From NCBI GenBank assembly GCA_038087875.1, contig CM075997.1:1552001-1616000 (forward strand): DNA of 64,000 bases, in the 5' to 3' direction. This stretch comes from Malacoraja senta (Eukaryota). Below the pieces are notes generated by a model that worked only from the letters and a program-made list of their open reading frames with translations, did not search any database and had not been told where the DNA came from. The translations under genes were made by a program, and so were the position numbers. Positions 63,930-64,000 of the stretch are shown here, piece after piece; position 1 is the stretch's first letter, and each line of letters begins with the position of its first letter.

Positions 63930-64000
63930 GTAGACACAAAATGCTGGAGTAACTCAGCGGGTGAGGCAGCATCTCGGGAGAGAAGGAACGGGCGACGTTT
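63930..64000 (-). mobile_element. Penelope end arm running off the window
   Basis: gacacaaaatgctggagtaactcagcgggtgaggcagcatc...ggcgacgttt. Confidence 0.75.

Overview
Eukaryotic, repeat-rich vertebrate DNA. The repeat families (HE1-like tRNA/V-SINEs, HER1/CR1 LINE tails, Penelope ends) suggest a cartilaginous fish, probably a skate or ray; this is inferred from repeat recognition only. The one recognisable host coding gene is AP2S1 (AP-2 sigma-2) on the minus strand, with an ATG-only exon 1 (28571-28573), exon 2 (14253-14402) and exon 3 (2723-2836). Exons 4-5 were not found and presumably lie left of the window. About 3 kb upstream a CpG-rich divergent promoter (ZNF143, ETS, paired CCAAT, GC boxes) leads into a probable non-coding first exon ending at a donor at 32717, possibly ARHGAP35 by remembered synteny only. 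The rest of the window looks like one long intron. Mobile elements include CR1, Rex1/Babar, L1/Tx1-like, an invertebrate-like CR1-group LINE, an RTE-derived SINE, Penelope fragments, two IR/DR Tc1 copies and four PIF/Harbinger-type MITEs. The most striking unexplained structure is a dense family (more than 20 pieces) of Penelope-terminus-derived elements carrying a minimal hammerhead ribozyme core (CTGAAGA-A-GGGTCTCGACCC-GAAACGTC). Many are inserted as 150-250 bp fold-back palindromes flanked by 10-18 bp target-site duplications. Almost all ORFs in the supplied track are spurious or TE-derived. TE boundaries without a TSD are approximate.
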